The translations under genes were made by a program, and so were the position numbers. A model generated the notes under the pieces. That model was not told where the DNA came from and did no database searches. It saw nothing but the letters and a program-made list of their open reading frames with translations. DNA of 64,000 nucleotides from contig CAYYQL010000007.1 in assembly GCA_964473825.1 (NCBI GenBank), positions 46,440 through 110,439 of the forward strand. Direction: 5' to 3'. Shown one piece after another: positions 20,057 to 30,408 of the stretch. This DNA comes from an uncultured archaeon. Lineage in GTDB: Archaea > Asgardarchaeota > Thorarchaeia > Thorarchaeales > Thorarchaeaceae. Each line of letters opens with the position of its first letter. Positions within the stretch are counted from its first letter, which is position 1.

Positions 20057-20986
20057 CTAGCTGACGTACGATCCGTAATCGATAGCAACTGTCGTGAGGA
20101 CGTTTGTCTGAGCCTGCTGGAAGGAGTAAGCAGCTAGAACGTTCTTGAGAAGCATCGCAATGGTCATGGGGCCAACTCCCCCTGGCACTGGAGTTATGTA
20201 GGATGCGATCTCTTTGACTTCGTCAAAGTCCACATCGCCATTGGGGGTAGCAACATCGATGACTATGGCGCCCTTCTTCACCATGTCCGCGGTAATGAAG
20301 TAGGGATCATCATCTCCTTGACGTCGACCCACTGCGGTAACGAGTATGTCAGCCTGTTTCGTCATGGAAGGCAAGTCGCGGGTATGTGAATGGCAAACGG
20401 TGACCGTGGTGTTCCGATTCAGGAGTAGGAAGACTAGGGGTTTACCCACGATAGTTGATCTGTTGACAATGACAGCGTACATTCCATCCAAGTCAACACC
20501 CAGTAAATCCAGCATCGTCACAATTCCTTGTGGTGTGGCGGAGCAGAGCATCTCACCACCATAGAAGAGACGATAGATGTTCCGTGGAGAGAAGCCGTCA
20601 ACATCCTTACTCGGGTCGATAGCGCTGATGATGGTCTCTTCATCAATGTGCCTTGGCAACGGAAGCTGAACCAGAATACCGTGAACACTCACATCTCGAT
20701 TAAGCCTCTCAATCAGTCCCATCAGATCTTCTTCGCTCGTGTCACTCGGTAACGAATGGCCATCAGAGATTATGCCCGCTTTCTTGCACGCACGATGTTT
20801 CATCCGAACATACATCTTGGAACCCGGGTCTTCTCCAACTATCACAGTTGTCAGCTTCGGGGCGATTCCGTGTAGCTCTGTCAGGCGCTCTACTTCAGAT
20901 GCAATCTGGGAGCGAATCCTCTTGCTCAGTTTCTTTCCATCGATGACATTACCTTCGATGAAATCTTCAGGCTTGATTCGTTTCAC
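20057..20986 (-). CDS. folD: Methylene-THF dehydrogenase / methenyl-THF cyclohydrolase
   Basis: YVRMK, GILVQLPLP, KDVDG, RSTIVGKP and TPVPGGVGPMT motifs. Confidence 0.95.
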   Translation of the reverse strand: MKRIKPEDFIEGNVIDGKKLSKRIRSQIASEVERLTELHGIAPKLTTVIVGEDPGSKMYVRMKHRACKKAGIISDGHSLPSDTSEEDLMGLIERLNRDVSVHGILVQLPLPRHIDEETIISAIDPSKDVDGFSPRNIYRLFYGGEMLCSATPQGIVTMLDLLGVDLDGMYAVIVNRSTIVGKPLVFLLLNRNTTVTVCHSHTRDLPSMTKQADILVTAVGRRQGDDDPYFITADMVKKGAIVIDVATPNGDVDFDEVKEIASYITPVPGGVGPMTIAMLLKNVLAAYSFQQAQTNVLTTVAIDYGSYVS

Positions 20987-20998
20987 TGTACAATCCTC

Positions 20999-22597
20999 CT
21001 AGAAGACTCCGTAGATATCACCATCATCATCTAGACCCATTCCAACGGCAGCAGGTTCCTTGGGTAAGCCGGGCATCAGCATAACATCGCCCATGTACAC
21101 AATCACGAATCCAGCACCAGCACTGACGTCAACACCTCGTACAAAGACTTCAAAGCCGGTCGGGCGTCCTTTAAGTCGCGGATTGTCAGAGATACTGAAC
21201 TGCGTCTTGGCAACACAGATGGGCAACTCGCCGTAGCCCCGCCGCTCCAATGAGCGTATCGGACCGCGTGCATTGTCCGAGAAGATCACCCCATCTGCCC
21301 CATACACCTTCTTGGATAGCTTCTGGATCTTCGTCTTCAAGTCATCTTTGAGATCATATGTAGGGATCACCTTGGCATCTGCATCGACCGCATCCAATAC
21401 GGCGGAGGCAAAATCCTCTCCACCCTTGCTTCCTTCTGCAAATACATCAGAGACCTCCATCGACCAACCTTGCTCATCACAGAATGAACGGAGAGTATCT
21501 ATCTCCGAATCCGTATCATCCGGAAACCTGTTCAGTGCAATCACTGCAGGCAATCCGAAGTCGTGGATATTCTCGACATGTTTCTGTAGATTCGGAAAGC
21601 CTTTCGCGAGTTCACCGTCGCCGTGCTCTTTCAGTGCACGGATTGATGTGACAATGACTACAGCATTGACATCGAATTCTCCTGCCCGAGTGACTATGTT
21701 AAGGAACTTCTCTGCACCAAGGTCAGCACCAAAACCTGCCTCAATGACCACATAGTCAAAGAGCCTTAATGCGATATCAGTAGCTATGACCGAGTTCGTC
21801 CCATGTGCGATGTTGGCAAAGGGTCCTGTGTGAATGATGGCGGGTGTTCCCTCACTGGTCTGTACAAGATTCGGTTTCAGAGCATCTTTGAGAAGCACAC
21901 TCATCGCCCCCTCAGCCTTGAGGTCACCCGCATGCACCTCTTTCAAGTTCATATCCCGTGAGAGAAGAATCCGTGAAAGGCGCTTCTGCAAGTCATCGTA
22001 GTCTTTAGCCAGAGCAAGGATTGCCATGATCTCGGAAGCAGCCGTGATGACGAATCTGTCTTCTCGTGGGAATCCGTTGGACTTGCCACCTAGGCCCACC
22101 ATGACCTCTCTGAGGGCACGGTCGTTCATGTCTATGGCGCGGGGCCAATAGACTCTTCTGACATCAATGCCAAGCTCGTTGTCTTGGTGAACATGATTAT
22201 CCATCATCGCTGAAAGGAGATTGTGTGCTGCAGTAATTGCTGGGAAATCCGCGGTGAACATCAGATTGATGCGATCAGAAGGCAGTACCTTAGACTTGCC
22301 ACCACCGGTTGCTCCACCCTTGATGCCGAATACAGGACCAAGAGAGGGTTCTCGAAGAGTCACAACAGCGTTATGACCCATTGCATTGAGAGCCATTGAA
22401 AGCCCAATCGAGGTGGTCGTCTTCCCCTCTCCAGCCGGGGTAGGCGTTGTCGCCGTGACAAGTATCAATTTGCCCTTTCTCTTACCGAGCTTTCTCCGTA
22501 TATCTAAGTCGATCTTCGCCATGTATTTTCCATACGGTTCAAGGAATTCTTCTGAGATGCCAGCCTTTTCAGCCACTTCGGTTATGTGAATCATCAT
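20999..22597 (-). CDS. fhs: Formate--tetrahydrofolate ligase
   Basis: TPAGEGKTT, LREPSLGPVFGIKGGATGGG, GPFANIAHG, EAGFGADLGAEKF, AKTQFS and MPGLP motifs; start at MMIHITEV. Confidence 0.96.
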   Translation of the reverse strand: MMIHITEVAEKAGISEEFLEPYGKYMAKIDLDIRRKLGKRKGKLILVTATTPTPAGEGKTTTSIGLSMALNAMGHNAVVTLREPSLGPVFGIKGGATGGGKSKVLPSDRINLMFTADFPAITAAHNLLSAMMDNHVHQDNELGIDVRRVYWPRAIDMNDRALREVMVGLGGKSNGFPREDRFVITAASEIMAILALAKDYDDLQKRLSRILLSRDMNLKEVHAGDLKAEGAMSVLLKDALKPNLVQTSEGTPAIIHTGPFANIAHGTNSVIATDIALRLFDYVVIEAGFGADLGAEKFLNIVTRAGEFDVNAVVIVTSIRALKEHGDGELAKGFPNLQKHVENIHDFGLPAVIALNRFPDDTDSEIDTLRSFCDEQGWSMEVSDVFAEGSKGGEDFASAVLDAVDADAKVIPTYDLKDDLKTKIQKLSKKVYGADGVIFSDNARGPIRSLERRGYGELPICVAKTQFSISDNPRLKGRPTGFEVFVRGVDVSAGAGFVIVYMGDVMLMPGLPKEPAAVGMGLDDDGDIYGVF

Positions 22598-22738
22598 TCT
22601 ACACCAATCTGATAAACAGGGGGGCTTTTGACTCATAGTGTCAAGAAGCTTTCCCTTTATGTTGTTGAATCCTATCTCTGAACGCCGCTCCAAAAGAACA
22701 TAAGCCCTATTGTACAGACAAAGAACGGGCTGATTGAA

Positions 22739-24040
22739 ATGGAGAAGATTCCCCTCGAAGCACTACCTGATGCATTACCGGACGGCATAGACATAGAGAA
22801 TTATGTGATATGCACCTACTATGTGGGTCTTCCCCCCTTTATGGATGCAAGACAAGTTGCACATGCTGCGGCAGTTGAGCAGAGCACAGGAACTTGGACA
22901 ATGGTGCCAGGCGAGACCTTGGAAGTGCGGAAGCGTCATGTGGCCAAAGTGGTTGGCATCTATGAGGTGCCGCAATACGAATACAGCACCCCCAAAGATA
23001 TCGAGCGGCGGCAGTACATCATACAAGTGGCATATCCATGGGAAAACTTCGGCAGACAGATTCCAATGCTACTGAGTACGGTTATTGGGAACATATCGCT
23101 TGGAGGGCGCATCAAGTGTTTAGACATGCGCTTTCCAAAGGAATGGTTGAAGGGCTTCAAAGGACCGAAGTTTGGAATCAAGGGCCTTCGGAAGCTTCTT
23201 GGTGTTAAGAAACGTCCACTCCTGAACAATATGATCAAACCGTGTGTCTATACATCAGCCAAGATGGGAGCAGATTTGGCATACCAAGCTGCTGTTGGGG
23301 GAGCTGACATTATCAAGGATGATGAGCTCCTTGCCAACCCAGAGTTCAATACGCTTGAAGAGAGGATACCCCTGTTCATGGAGGCGCTGGATAAAGCAGA
23401 TGCAGAGAAAGGAGAGAAGACACTATTCACGGTGAATATCACAGACAGCGTCCCCAAACTGTTTGAGAACGCCGATAGAGCAATCGAGCTGGGTGCCAAT
23501 GCACTCATGATAAACTTCCTTGCTGTGGGGTATTCTGCCTTCAGACATGCGTGTGAAATGAGTGAGGTTCCAGTTCTTGCACACATGGATATTGCCGGGG
23601 CTCTATCGTACTCACCCATAACCGGCATCGGAACAAACATCGTGATCGGAAAGCTCCCCAGGATTTGTGGGTCAGACATAACCGTCTTCCCTGCCCCCTA
23701 CGGGAAAGCCCCTCTACTGAAGGAACGCTTTCTAGCCATGGCACATCACATGGTCATGCCTCTCAGAAACATCAACCCCAGTATGCCCATGCCCAGCGGA
23801 GGAATATCTCAAGGCATGGTGGAGGAGGCGGTGGATGATCTGGGACCAGACATCGTGATTGGGTCGGGTGGAGCGATACACGCCCATCCAGATGGCCCAA
23901 CAGCTGGAGCAAAGGCATTTCGGCAGGCCATTGAGGCCAAGATGAAAGGGGTCCACGTCAGTGTCTATGCCAAGGAACACGAGGAGCTGAAGAAAGCAAT
24001 GGACTCATGGGGCTCGGGTCGGACTGGATTCGACCTGTAA
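22739..24040 (+). CDS. RuBisCO-like protein (form IV)
   Basis: EQSTGTW, GPKFGI, IKP, IKDDE, PSGG and GGAIHAHPDG. Lacks carboxylase residues: KPC instead of KPK, HM instead of HR, and no His at the 327-equivalent position. Confidence 0.9.
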   Translation: MEKIPLEALPDALPDGIDIENYVICTYYVGLPPFMDARQVAHAAAVEQSTGTWTMVPGETLEVRKRHVAKVVGIYEVPQYEYSTPKDIERRQYIIQVAYPWENFGRQIPMLLSTVIGNISLGGRIKCLDMRFPKEWLKGFKGPKFGIKGLRKLLGVKKRPLLNNMIKPCVYTSAKMGADLAYQAAVGGADIIKDDELLANPEFNTLEERIPLFMEALDKADAEKGEKTLFTVNITDSVPKLFENADRAIELGANALMINFLAVGYSAFRHACEMSEVPVLAHMDIAGALSYSPITGIGTNIVIGKLPRICGSDITVFPAPYGKAPLLKERFLAMAHHMVMPLRNINPSMPMPSGGISQGMVEEAVDDLGPDIVIGSGGAIHAHPDGPTAGAKAFRQAIEAKMKGVHVSVYAKEHEELKKAMDSWGSGRTGFDL

Positions 24041-24073
24041 TGCTGAGAGACTGGTAGTAGAGAAACATGAAGG

Positions 24074-25657
24074 TCAATGAGCCTCTTCATTCATCTTCTT
24101 CCAGAGGGCCTTATTCCTCTTGTAGTACTTCTTCATGATCTCAGAGAGCCGCTCATAGGTCTCAAAGGTGTCAGCGTTGGGCTCGAAGACATGATCAACC
24201 TTTATCTTGTTTCCAACCTGATTGAAATCCTTGAGTTCGCCTAGACCCACAAATGCAACCATCGACACTCCTATGCTTCCTGCTGCCTGTGGATGCCGCA
24301 TCCTGTGTATTGGCTTCTGAAGGACGTCAGCAAATATCTGGGGCCAGAGATCAGACTTAGCGCATCCACCAATCATGTTGATCTTCGGTACCTTCCCCAG
24401 CATCTTTCGTTTCTCGACCCCTTCCATCATCCAGCGCGTATGAAGAGCAACACCCTCTAGTACGGAACGCACCATATGCTTCTTCGAATGAGCCAGTGAT
24501 AGATTGAAGTAACCGCCGCGTACATTGTGGTCATCAAGTGGGCTGCGCTCTCCAAACATCCAAGGTGCAAAGAGTAGATTATCAGAACCCGGCTCAGACT
24601 CAGCGGCAATCTTGTCTATGACTGAAAATGGGTTTCGTTCTCCAGTCTCGCAGGATAAACACTCCTCGGCTGCAAGGGGACGTATGTTTTCGCAAAGATC
24701 ACAGTGCCATTCTTCACGTAGATGCTTCAGGCATGCGCCCGCGGACTCTTGTTCAGCCACCATGAAATACTTGCCCGGAATGGCACTGCGTATTGAACCT
24801 GTGAAGGAGCTGATGTCTAGCTTCCTGTCTTCAACATGAGCCCCTAGCCAAGCACTTGACCCTGCGTAGAGATGGCATTCCTTTTCACGCACAGCCCCCG
24901 AACCAACTCCCGCAGCAGTCATATCTCCGCTCCCGTTCACGACCATGGTCTCGGTAGTGAGCCCTAGCTCTTTTGCAGCGTCAGATGTCAATGACCCCAC
25001 AACTTCTGTGGAAGGTGCCAGCCGGGGGAGCTTTTCAATGTCAAGGTTCATCCATCCCAGAATGGTTTCGGACCATTCATTGTTTCCCTTGCGTGTGTTC
25101 ATGAACCACGTGAGGTTCCCGCAGTCCCAGGAGGTCACATACTCGCCCGTGGTACGAAATATCAAGTAGTCCTTACAATCCAAGAATTTACAGGTCTTCT
25201 CATACACCTCCGGGCGCTCCTCCATGACCCAGAGAATCTTCCCGATGATGTCCTTTCCTGAGGGCAGTCCACCCGTGATTCGTAACATCCTGAGCATTCT
25301 GATTGGATTCGAGATGATTTTCTTATTCTGCCGAGCCGCCCTTGAATCCATCCAGGTCATGCAATTCATCAGTGGTCTTCCTACTCTATTGACAGGGATT
25401 GTACCCATCATTTGAGTCGAGAATGTGAGGGCAATCACATCTCTGGGAGATAGTTTGGACTTCGATATCACTTTACGTGATGTTTCCCGGATAGCATTCC
25501 ACCAGTGCTGCTCCGGGTCTTGTTCAGCCCAGTTGACTTGGGGATAGAGGACAGGGTAGCTCTTTTCTGCAGAGGCCAAAATCTCACCATCGATACTGAC
25601 AAGAGATGCCTTGTTTCCGCCGGTTCCTACATCGTGTGCTAGGACATACCCCGTCAT
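24074..25657 (-). CDS. FGGY-family carbohydrate kinase (xylulokinase-like)
   Basis: HDVGTGGNK, EQDP, WMDSRA, GSGD, GERSP, LEGV and GGCAKS motifs. Confidence 0.9.
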   Translation of the reverse strand: MTGYVLAHDVGTGGNKASLVSIDGEILASAEKSYPVLYPQVNWAEQDPEQHWWNAIRETSRKVISKSKLSPRDVIALTFSTQMMGTIPVNRVGRPLMNCMTWMDSRAARQNKKIISNPIRMLRMLRITGGLPSGKDIIGKILWVMEERPEVYEKTCKFLDCKDYLIFRTTGEYVTSWDCGNLTWFMNTRKGNNEWSETILGWMNLDIEKLPRLAPSTEVVGSLTSDAAKELGLTTETMVVNGSGDMTAAGVGSGAVREKECHLYAGSSAWLGAHVEDRKLDISSFTGSIRSAIPGKYFMVAEQESAGACLKHLREEWHCDLCENIRPLAAEECLSCETGERNPFSVIDKIAAESEPGSDNLLFAPWMFGERSPLDDHNVRGGYFNLSLAHSKKHMVRSVLEGVALHTRWMMEGVEKRKMLGKVPKINMIGGCAKSDLWPQIFADVLQKPIHRMRHPQAAGSIGVSMVAFVGLGELKDFNQVGNKIKVDHVFEPNADTFETYERLSEIMKKYYKRNKALWKKMNEEAH

Positions 25658-25752
25658 GATTTAGCCACACTTCAACTGACAAGAGTGTACTTGGCGTGCA
25701 AAATAGATTTCGATTGTCTTTCTGACGCAGCAATGGCATATATCGATGCCAG

Positions 25753-26967
25753 TTACAGGGCTATTCGCTCGAGATTCCCCTCATGATTAATGGATTCGAT
25801 AATCAATGGAGAACCCTCTCCTGTTACATCATCTAGTTTCAGATATTCCTGCATGAGCCCAAGGAACTCAAGAGGATTGATAGATGCCTCCGGAGGTAGA
25901 ACTCCTTTACCCTCCACTTTACCTCTCTGCATGAGGAGAGCTCCAATAGCAGCTGGAATGCCGGTCCCCTCCCCCATAGACTGCCCCTCGGAAGCAAGAG
26001 AGAAGTCGAACTGGTGGGGCTTGCCCTCAACAGCACCCTTCATCGTGATCTTGAGACAACCTCGCTGTGTTCCGAAATTGGTGGCTTCCAGAATCTCGTC
26101 TCTCCGCGAGATGATATAGGCGATAGTGAATTCTCTCGGAACGACTTCCTGCCCCTTGACATTGATTGGCTCCTCCTCCACAATACCGAGCCTAACGATT
26201 TCCCTTATCAGATCGTAATACTCTGTCGGAATCACACACCCGAGATTCGTCACTCGCTGGCAATCAATGTAGTTGGGTAAGGTTATGGTCTCGGGGTGAG
26301 GATAAGGGTAGCAACGATATGTTCCAACGCAGTGGAATTCAACATCCTCTTCAAGGGCTTGCCCACTCTCTTCGAAGTATTTCACAGTGGTAAAACCGCC
26401 ATCGAGGTACATCGGAATATCAGCCAGCATGCTGTGAATCCTGTGTGCAACAACAGCCGGACCCTCATTAGGTTCACCCCCGTGTGCATGAAGAATGTCA
26501 ATTGAGTCCACCTCATCGAGCATGTGATCTGCACAGAACTTGGCGAGAAGATTGGCAACACCAGGCGAGCTACCCATTCCTGTTAGGGCTGTGACATCAG
26601 CTTCCTTCGCTACTGTGTCCATATCCAGTAGTTTCTTTGTGGCGTCAAAGTCGTCACAGACATCAACATAGTTGACTCCAGCCTCGATAACAGCTTTGAG
26701 TACTATTGGCCCATACTTGTAAAATGGTCCACAGCAATTCAGAACCACGTCTGCATTCTTGATGGCATTCTTGATGCTCCCAGCATTCCCGGCATCAACT
26801 GCAAGAGCCGAACAACTATCAGATCCCATCTCTGCAGCTCGTTCATGCGCCCCCTCTTCATTGATGTCAGCAATGACAATCTCATCGAAATCATCGAATG
26901 AGGCAAGTGCTCGTACAGCGATACTTCCAACAATGCCGCAACCTCCAATGACCACAACTCTTGGCAT
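25753..26967 (-). CDS. Saccharopine dehydrogenase-like oxidoreductase
   Basis: VIGGCGIVG, NCCGPFY, YVDVCDD, GMGSSPG, HPE and GVLPPE motifs; start at MPRVVVIGG. Confidence 0.87.
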   Translation of the reverse strand: MPRVVVIGGCGIVGSIAVRALASFDDFDEIVIADINEEGAHERAAEMGSDSCSALAVDAGNAGSIKNAIKNADVVLNCCGPFYKYGPIVLKAVIEAGVNYVDVCDDFDATKKLLDMDTVAKEADVTALTGMGSSPGVANLLAKFCADHMLDEVDSIDILHAHGGEPNEGPAVVAHRIHSMLADIPMYLDGGFTTVKYFEESGQALEEDVEFHCVGTYRCYPYPHPETITLPNYIDCQRVTNLGCVIPTEYYDLIREIVRLGIVEEEPINVKGQEVVPREFTIAYIISRRDEILEATNFGTQRGCLKITMKGAVEGKPHQFDFSLASEGQSMGEGTGIPAAIGALLMQRGKVEGKGVLPPEASINPLEFLGLMQEYLKLDDVTGEGSPLIIESINHEGNLERIAL

Positions 26968-27195
26968 GGCTATCATGAAGGGAGCTGCCGACATATAGAT
27001 ATGTCGAGCTGAGCTATTAGCCCATCCGTAAGGGGTGTGCTTCAATCCTTTGCACAAAAGATACTTGGACAGGATAACTGAGAACTCATGATGGATGGCT
27101 AGATATCCTACATGATTCCTTGTGCCACCATAATATTTCCATATACCGCCTCCGGATATCACAATGGCAGAACAAGAAGTGCCTCTCTCATAAAG

Positions 27196-27927
27196 TCAGA
27201 GAATAGATACACGGTCGCCGGGTTGAAGGTCAATTCTGTCGATAGCCCGTGCATTCCGTCGGCAGATCTCCAGAGTGCCTGCGCTACCCGTTACGATGAA
27301 GAGCTCATCGTCGGGACCTTCGCCATACGTAGAATGGCATCTCAGGGGCATCTTCAGTTTGTCGTTCATAAGACAGACTTTGTCTTTGGCCAGAGGGGGG
27401 AGATTGGTGATTATGTTGCCAAAGCGGTCTATCCGGACCACCTGACCTTCTCGCCCATCACGATGAAACGTCAGAGGTACCTGAAGCGATTCTCTGTATT
27501 CGCCCAGCCGCTTCCCCGCAACACCCTTCTCAAGATAGGCAGCCATGCGGGCAAATACGTCGCGGCCGTGGAATGTTTTTGCATCCTCTTCCTCAACAGC
27601 AATCGTGAATATCTTTTCTACTCCATCATTCTGAACAGTGGGATAGAGAACACCATTGTCGGGTCCAATGAAGCTGAAATTACGGGTTGTTACCAAGACA
27701 GCATCGCGTTCTGTACCAACCCCGGGATCCACCACAACCACAAAGGTTGTTCGTCGTGGAAAGTAAGAGTAGCTCTTGAGAAGGATCCAGGCACCTTCGA
27801 TTATTGATTGGGGACTCACAGAATGTGTGAGGTCAATGATACGAGCCTTGTCGCAGATAGAGTATATCATACCTTTCATCATACCTACATACTCGGACTC
27901 GCCGAAATCTGTTAACAGAACTATCAT
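27196..27927 (-). CDS. SAM hydroxide adenosyltransferase (DUF62 / fluorinase-chlorinase family)
   Basis: LLTDFG, VVDPGVGTER, GPDNG, TFHGRDVFA and IDRFGNIITN motifs. Confidence 0.92.
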   Translation of the reverse strand: MIVLLTDFGESEYVGMMKGMIYSICDKARIIDLTHSVSPQSIIEGAWILLKSYSYFPRRTTFVVVVDPGVGTERDAVLVTTRNFSFIGPDNGVLYPTVQNDGVEKIFTIAVEEEDAKTFHGRDVFARMAAYLEKGVAGKRLGEYRESLQVPLTFHRDGREGQVVRIDRFGNIITNLPPLAKDKVCLMNDKLKMPLRCHSTYGEGPDDELFIVTGSAGTLEICRRNARAIDRIDLQPGDRVSIL

Positions 27928-27960
27928 GAGAAAGCCTCTATTCACCTATGTATAATTGCG

Positions 27961-29094
27961 TTATTCTACCTTTACCAATCGTATCTCGTTGTAGTCACTG
28001 ATGACCCGTATGTAGCCTTGAAGCATTTCATCAACAGCAGAATCGCCTGTATCAACCTTTAGTGTTTCTCCTTCAATGCCCTTTAGTTTCGAAGGTGTTG
28101 ACAAAACCTTGATGTGATCTCGGCCTACACGTTTGATTATCTCGGGACTGATCTGCTGGTTTCCTCGTCCAAACAGCATACCCTGGTGTCCGATAGGCGA
28201 CACGATAATCCACGCTTTCTCGAAATCATCCACTAACTCTAGAATCTGTGATTCATTCACATCATTATGGACCTTGCCACTGTGATAGAGGTCCACCCCA
28301 AGTGTGGTCTTCTTAATTTCAAGGAGGTCTGTTACACTCTCTACTGTCGTTCCGGGTCCCAGGATGTAGTAGCCGTCATTCTCCATACGTTCGACAATAT
28401 GACGAGCTATCGCCTCCTGTGCCTCTTGTTCATTGACAGTTTCAGGACTTGCCTGCTTGGCCCCCTGAAATCTTGCAGGAACCGAGGGTCCTTGAAGATA
28501 ACCATAGAGTCTAATGCTAAAGTTGTCTTCGCGGAAGGCCTCTTCGTCCGCATCCATTATCTCGAATTTCGATGGCTGCGCGGAGCCCTCAAGTACGAGG
28601 CGGACTACCTCCGCAGCATCTCTCGGGTTTATCACAAAGATGCCGCTGTACATCTTTACTCCAGATGGGACGCCCAATACGACCAGTTCATCCAGCGAGT
28701 TCTCTTTTACAGAGTCAAGGATATCACGGGCAGTACCGTCCCCACCCACAAATGCGAGCAGTCTCACTCCTGCATCATAAAGCGCCTTCACACAGACTCG
28801 TGTATCGTGGGAAGTCGTTACCTCACCAACATCAACATCTACCACTGTGTGACCTATCCCCAAGCCATTCAGGATGCCGTCACCCATCGGTTCTGGACAT
28901 GAATAGAACTCAATGTCAAATCGCTCGTCATCTAATATGCTAGATTGTAGAGCCTCAAGAAACTCCTTTGCTCTTCCCGGAGCCACGGGCTTGGCCCCTC
29001 TTCTGCGGGCCTCCTCTACAACCCCGTCAGTCCCCTTGAGACCCACTCGTCCACCCATTCCTGCAATCGGATTGATCAAGAAACCCAGTTTCAT
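27961..29094 (-). CDS. ATP-NAD/AcoX kinase family protein
   Basis: NPIAGMGGRVGLKGTDG, GGDGTARD, GVKMYS and GRGNQQIS motifs. Confidence 0.88.
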   Translation of the reverse strand: MKLGFLINPIAGMGGRVGLKGTDGVVEEARRRGAKPVAPGRAKEFLEALQSSILDDERFDIEFYSCPEPMGDGILNGLGIGHTVVDVDVGEVTTSHDTRVCVKALYDAGVRLLAFVGGDGTARDILDSVKENSLDELVVLGVPSGVKMYSGIFVINPRDAAEVVRLVLEGSAQPSKFEIMDADEEAFREDNFSIRLYGYLQGPSVPARFQGAKQASPETVNEQEAQEAIARHIVERMENDGYYILGPGTTVESVTDLLEIKKTTLGVDLYHSGKVHNDVNESQILELVDDFEKAWIIVSPIGHQGMLFGRGNQQISPEIIKRVGRDHIKVLSTPSKLKGIEGETLKVDTGDSAVDEMLQGYIRVISDYNEIRLVKVE

Positions 29095-29235
29095 GTGAAC
29101 CTCGCCTATTGATAATCGGATTCTCTTACTCTTTAGAGATTTGGTTGGGTAAGGTCATTCGATCGAATTATTGAGTGATATTCAGAAGATATTCTGCATG
29201 AATATCGATTCTTCATAACTGAAGAGATGCATCTG

Positions 29236-30408
29236 TCAACTGACTCTCCTTAGAACGTCAGTCACCATGAATTCCTTGTCCTTTCGCCATTGGGAGGCTT
29301 CTTCATCAAAAGCATCAGCCCAGGGCCCGTAAACCTGGCTTCTGTGATAGTCCAGCATTGTCACAACGAAGTTACGACTGATGCTATGCATCCGTCCGAG
29401 CAGAGCAGAAAGGTGGCTAGGCGGTAGCTGAAGATACCAGAAGAGGTAGTTGTCATTTCTTTTCAGTGTAGAACGAAATGGTATCGGATGTGCAGTCATT
29501 CTCGACTGTAGGTGGTAGATTTGGTCTGCGTCGCAAGTTGCTGTCAGGATGACATTACTGTACAGGTCGAAAGCTGTCGGTTCGACAAAGACGTGATATC
29601 CAGTAATGAACCGGTCTTCTATCCGCTTGAGTCGACGAGAGAAGTCTTGAGAAGTGAAATCGATACCGTCTTGGCTCAGGGCCTGAATCATGGCTTTCTG
29701 TTTTCTTCTGGCCCCATGGTTCAACTGGCAGATGATATGGAGGTCCTTCTTGGTTAGTTGGGTGAGGAATGATTCGCCCCCCTTCTTCTGAGGAATAACA
29801 GTATCAACCTCTTTCTCGAACCAACGGTCCCAGTCGAATTTCCACGTGAATGTTTGGGGATTCCAGTTGGCCACCTTGGAAGTCGAGAATATCGGCGGAT
29901 GTTCACTTGTTGGTAGAATCGAAAACGAGTCCAGGTGACCAGCAGACTTCACCCGTCCGAGAAGGTCCGTGATCATTGGCTGCATTCCAGTGGGAATTCT
30001 GAACTGCACGAAAAGCCCAGAATGAGCTCCATAGCATCTGGCTCGATACTTTGTGTAGGGATGCTCATCACAGAGTCGCTCCATCCGTTCCAGATCCACG
30101 AGATTTGAGGTCATGATGAAGCAGTCGGTCGTATTCAAACCAAGAGCTACTTCATCAAGCTGAGGAATGACTCGAAATAGACGGTCGGCATAATCCTTGC
30201 CTTTACTACTCATCTTACGGAGGTATTCAGAGACTGTTGTTCTCGAGAAAGTGACACGATTGGCGAGCTCTTGGACAGTGTTCATCGGTCCTTCCTGTAG
30301 AGCAACAAGCAGGCTCAGCTGCTTACCTGTGAGTCCGTCTTTGTTCAAGCCTTCGCCCTCTGATGTAGTTCTATTCCTCTTGTGTTCCTCTTCGATTTCT
30401 ACCAGCAC
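29236..30408 (-). CDS. Transcriptional regulator with duplicated wHTH/Lrp-like units
   Basis: Two HTH units (TVQELANRVTFSRTTVSEYLRKM; AMIQALS..TSQDFSRRLKRIE), each followed by an alpha/beta domain. Confidence 0.7.
   Translation of the reverse strand: MLVEIEEEHKRNRTTSEGEGLNKDGLTGKQLSLLVALQEGPMNTVQELANRVTFSRTTVSEYLRKMSSKGKDYADRLFRVIPQLDEVALGLNTTDCFIMTSNLVDLERMERLCDEHPYTKYRARCYGAHSGLFVQFRIPTGMQPMITDLLGRVKSAGHLDSFSILPTSEHPPIFSTSKVANWNPQTFTWKFDWDRWFEKEVDTVIPQKKGGESFLTQLTKKDLHIICQLNHGARRKQKAMIQALSQDGIDFTSQDFSRRLKRIEDRFITGYHVFVEPTAFDLYSNVILTATCDADQIYHLQSRMTAHPIPFRSTLKRNDNYLFWYLQLPPSHLSALLGRMHSISRNFVVTMLDYHRSQVYGPWADAFDEEASQWRKDKEFMVTDVLRRVS

Noticed and set aside
22739-24040. Possible CO2-fixing form III RuBisCO
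   Set aside because: Key carboxylase residues (K177, R295 and H327 equivalents) are substituted, and no AMP phosphorylase or R15P isomerase is adjacent.
27112-27807. 231-aa + strand ORF, and similar long antisense ORFs (e.g. 28267-28902, 2145-2657, 21273-21755)
   Set aside because: These are shadows of well-supported genes on the opposite strand and carry no motifs.
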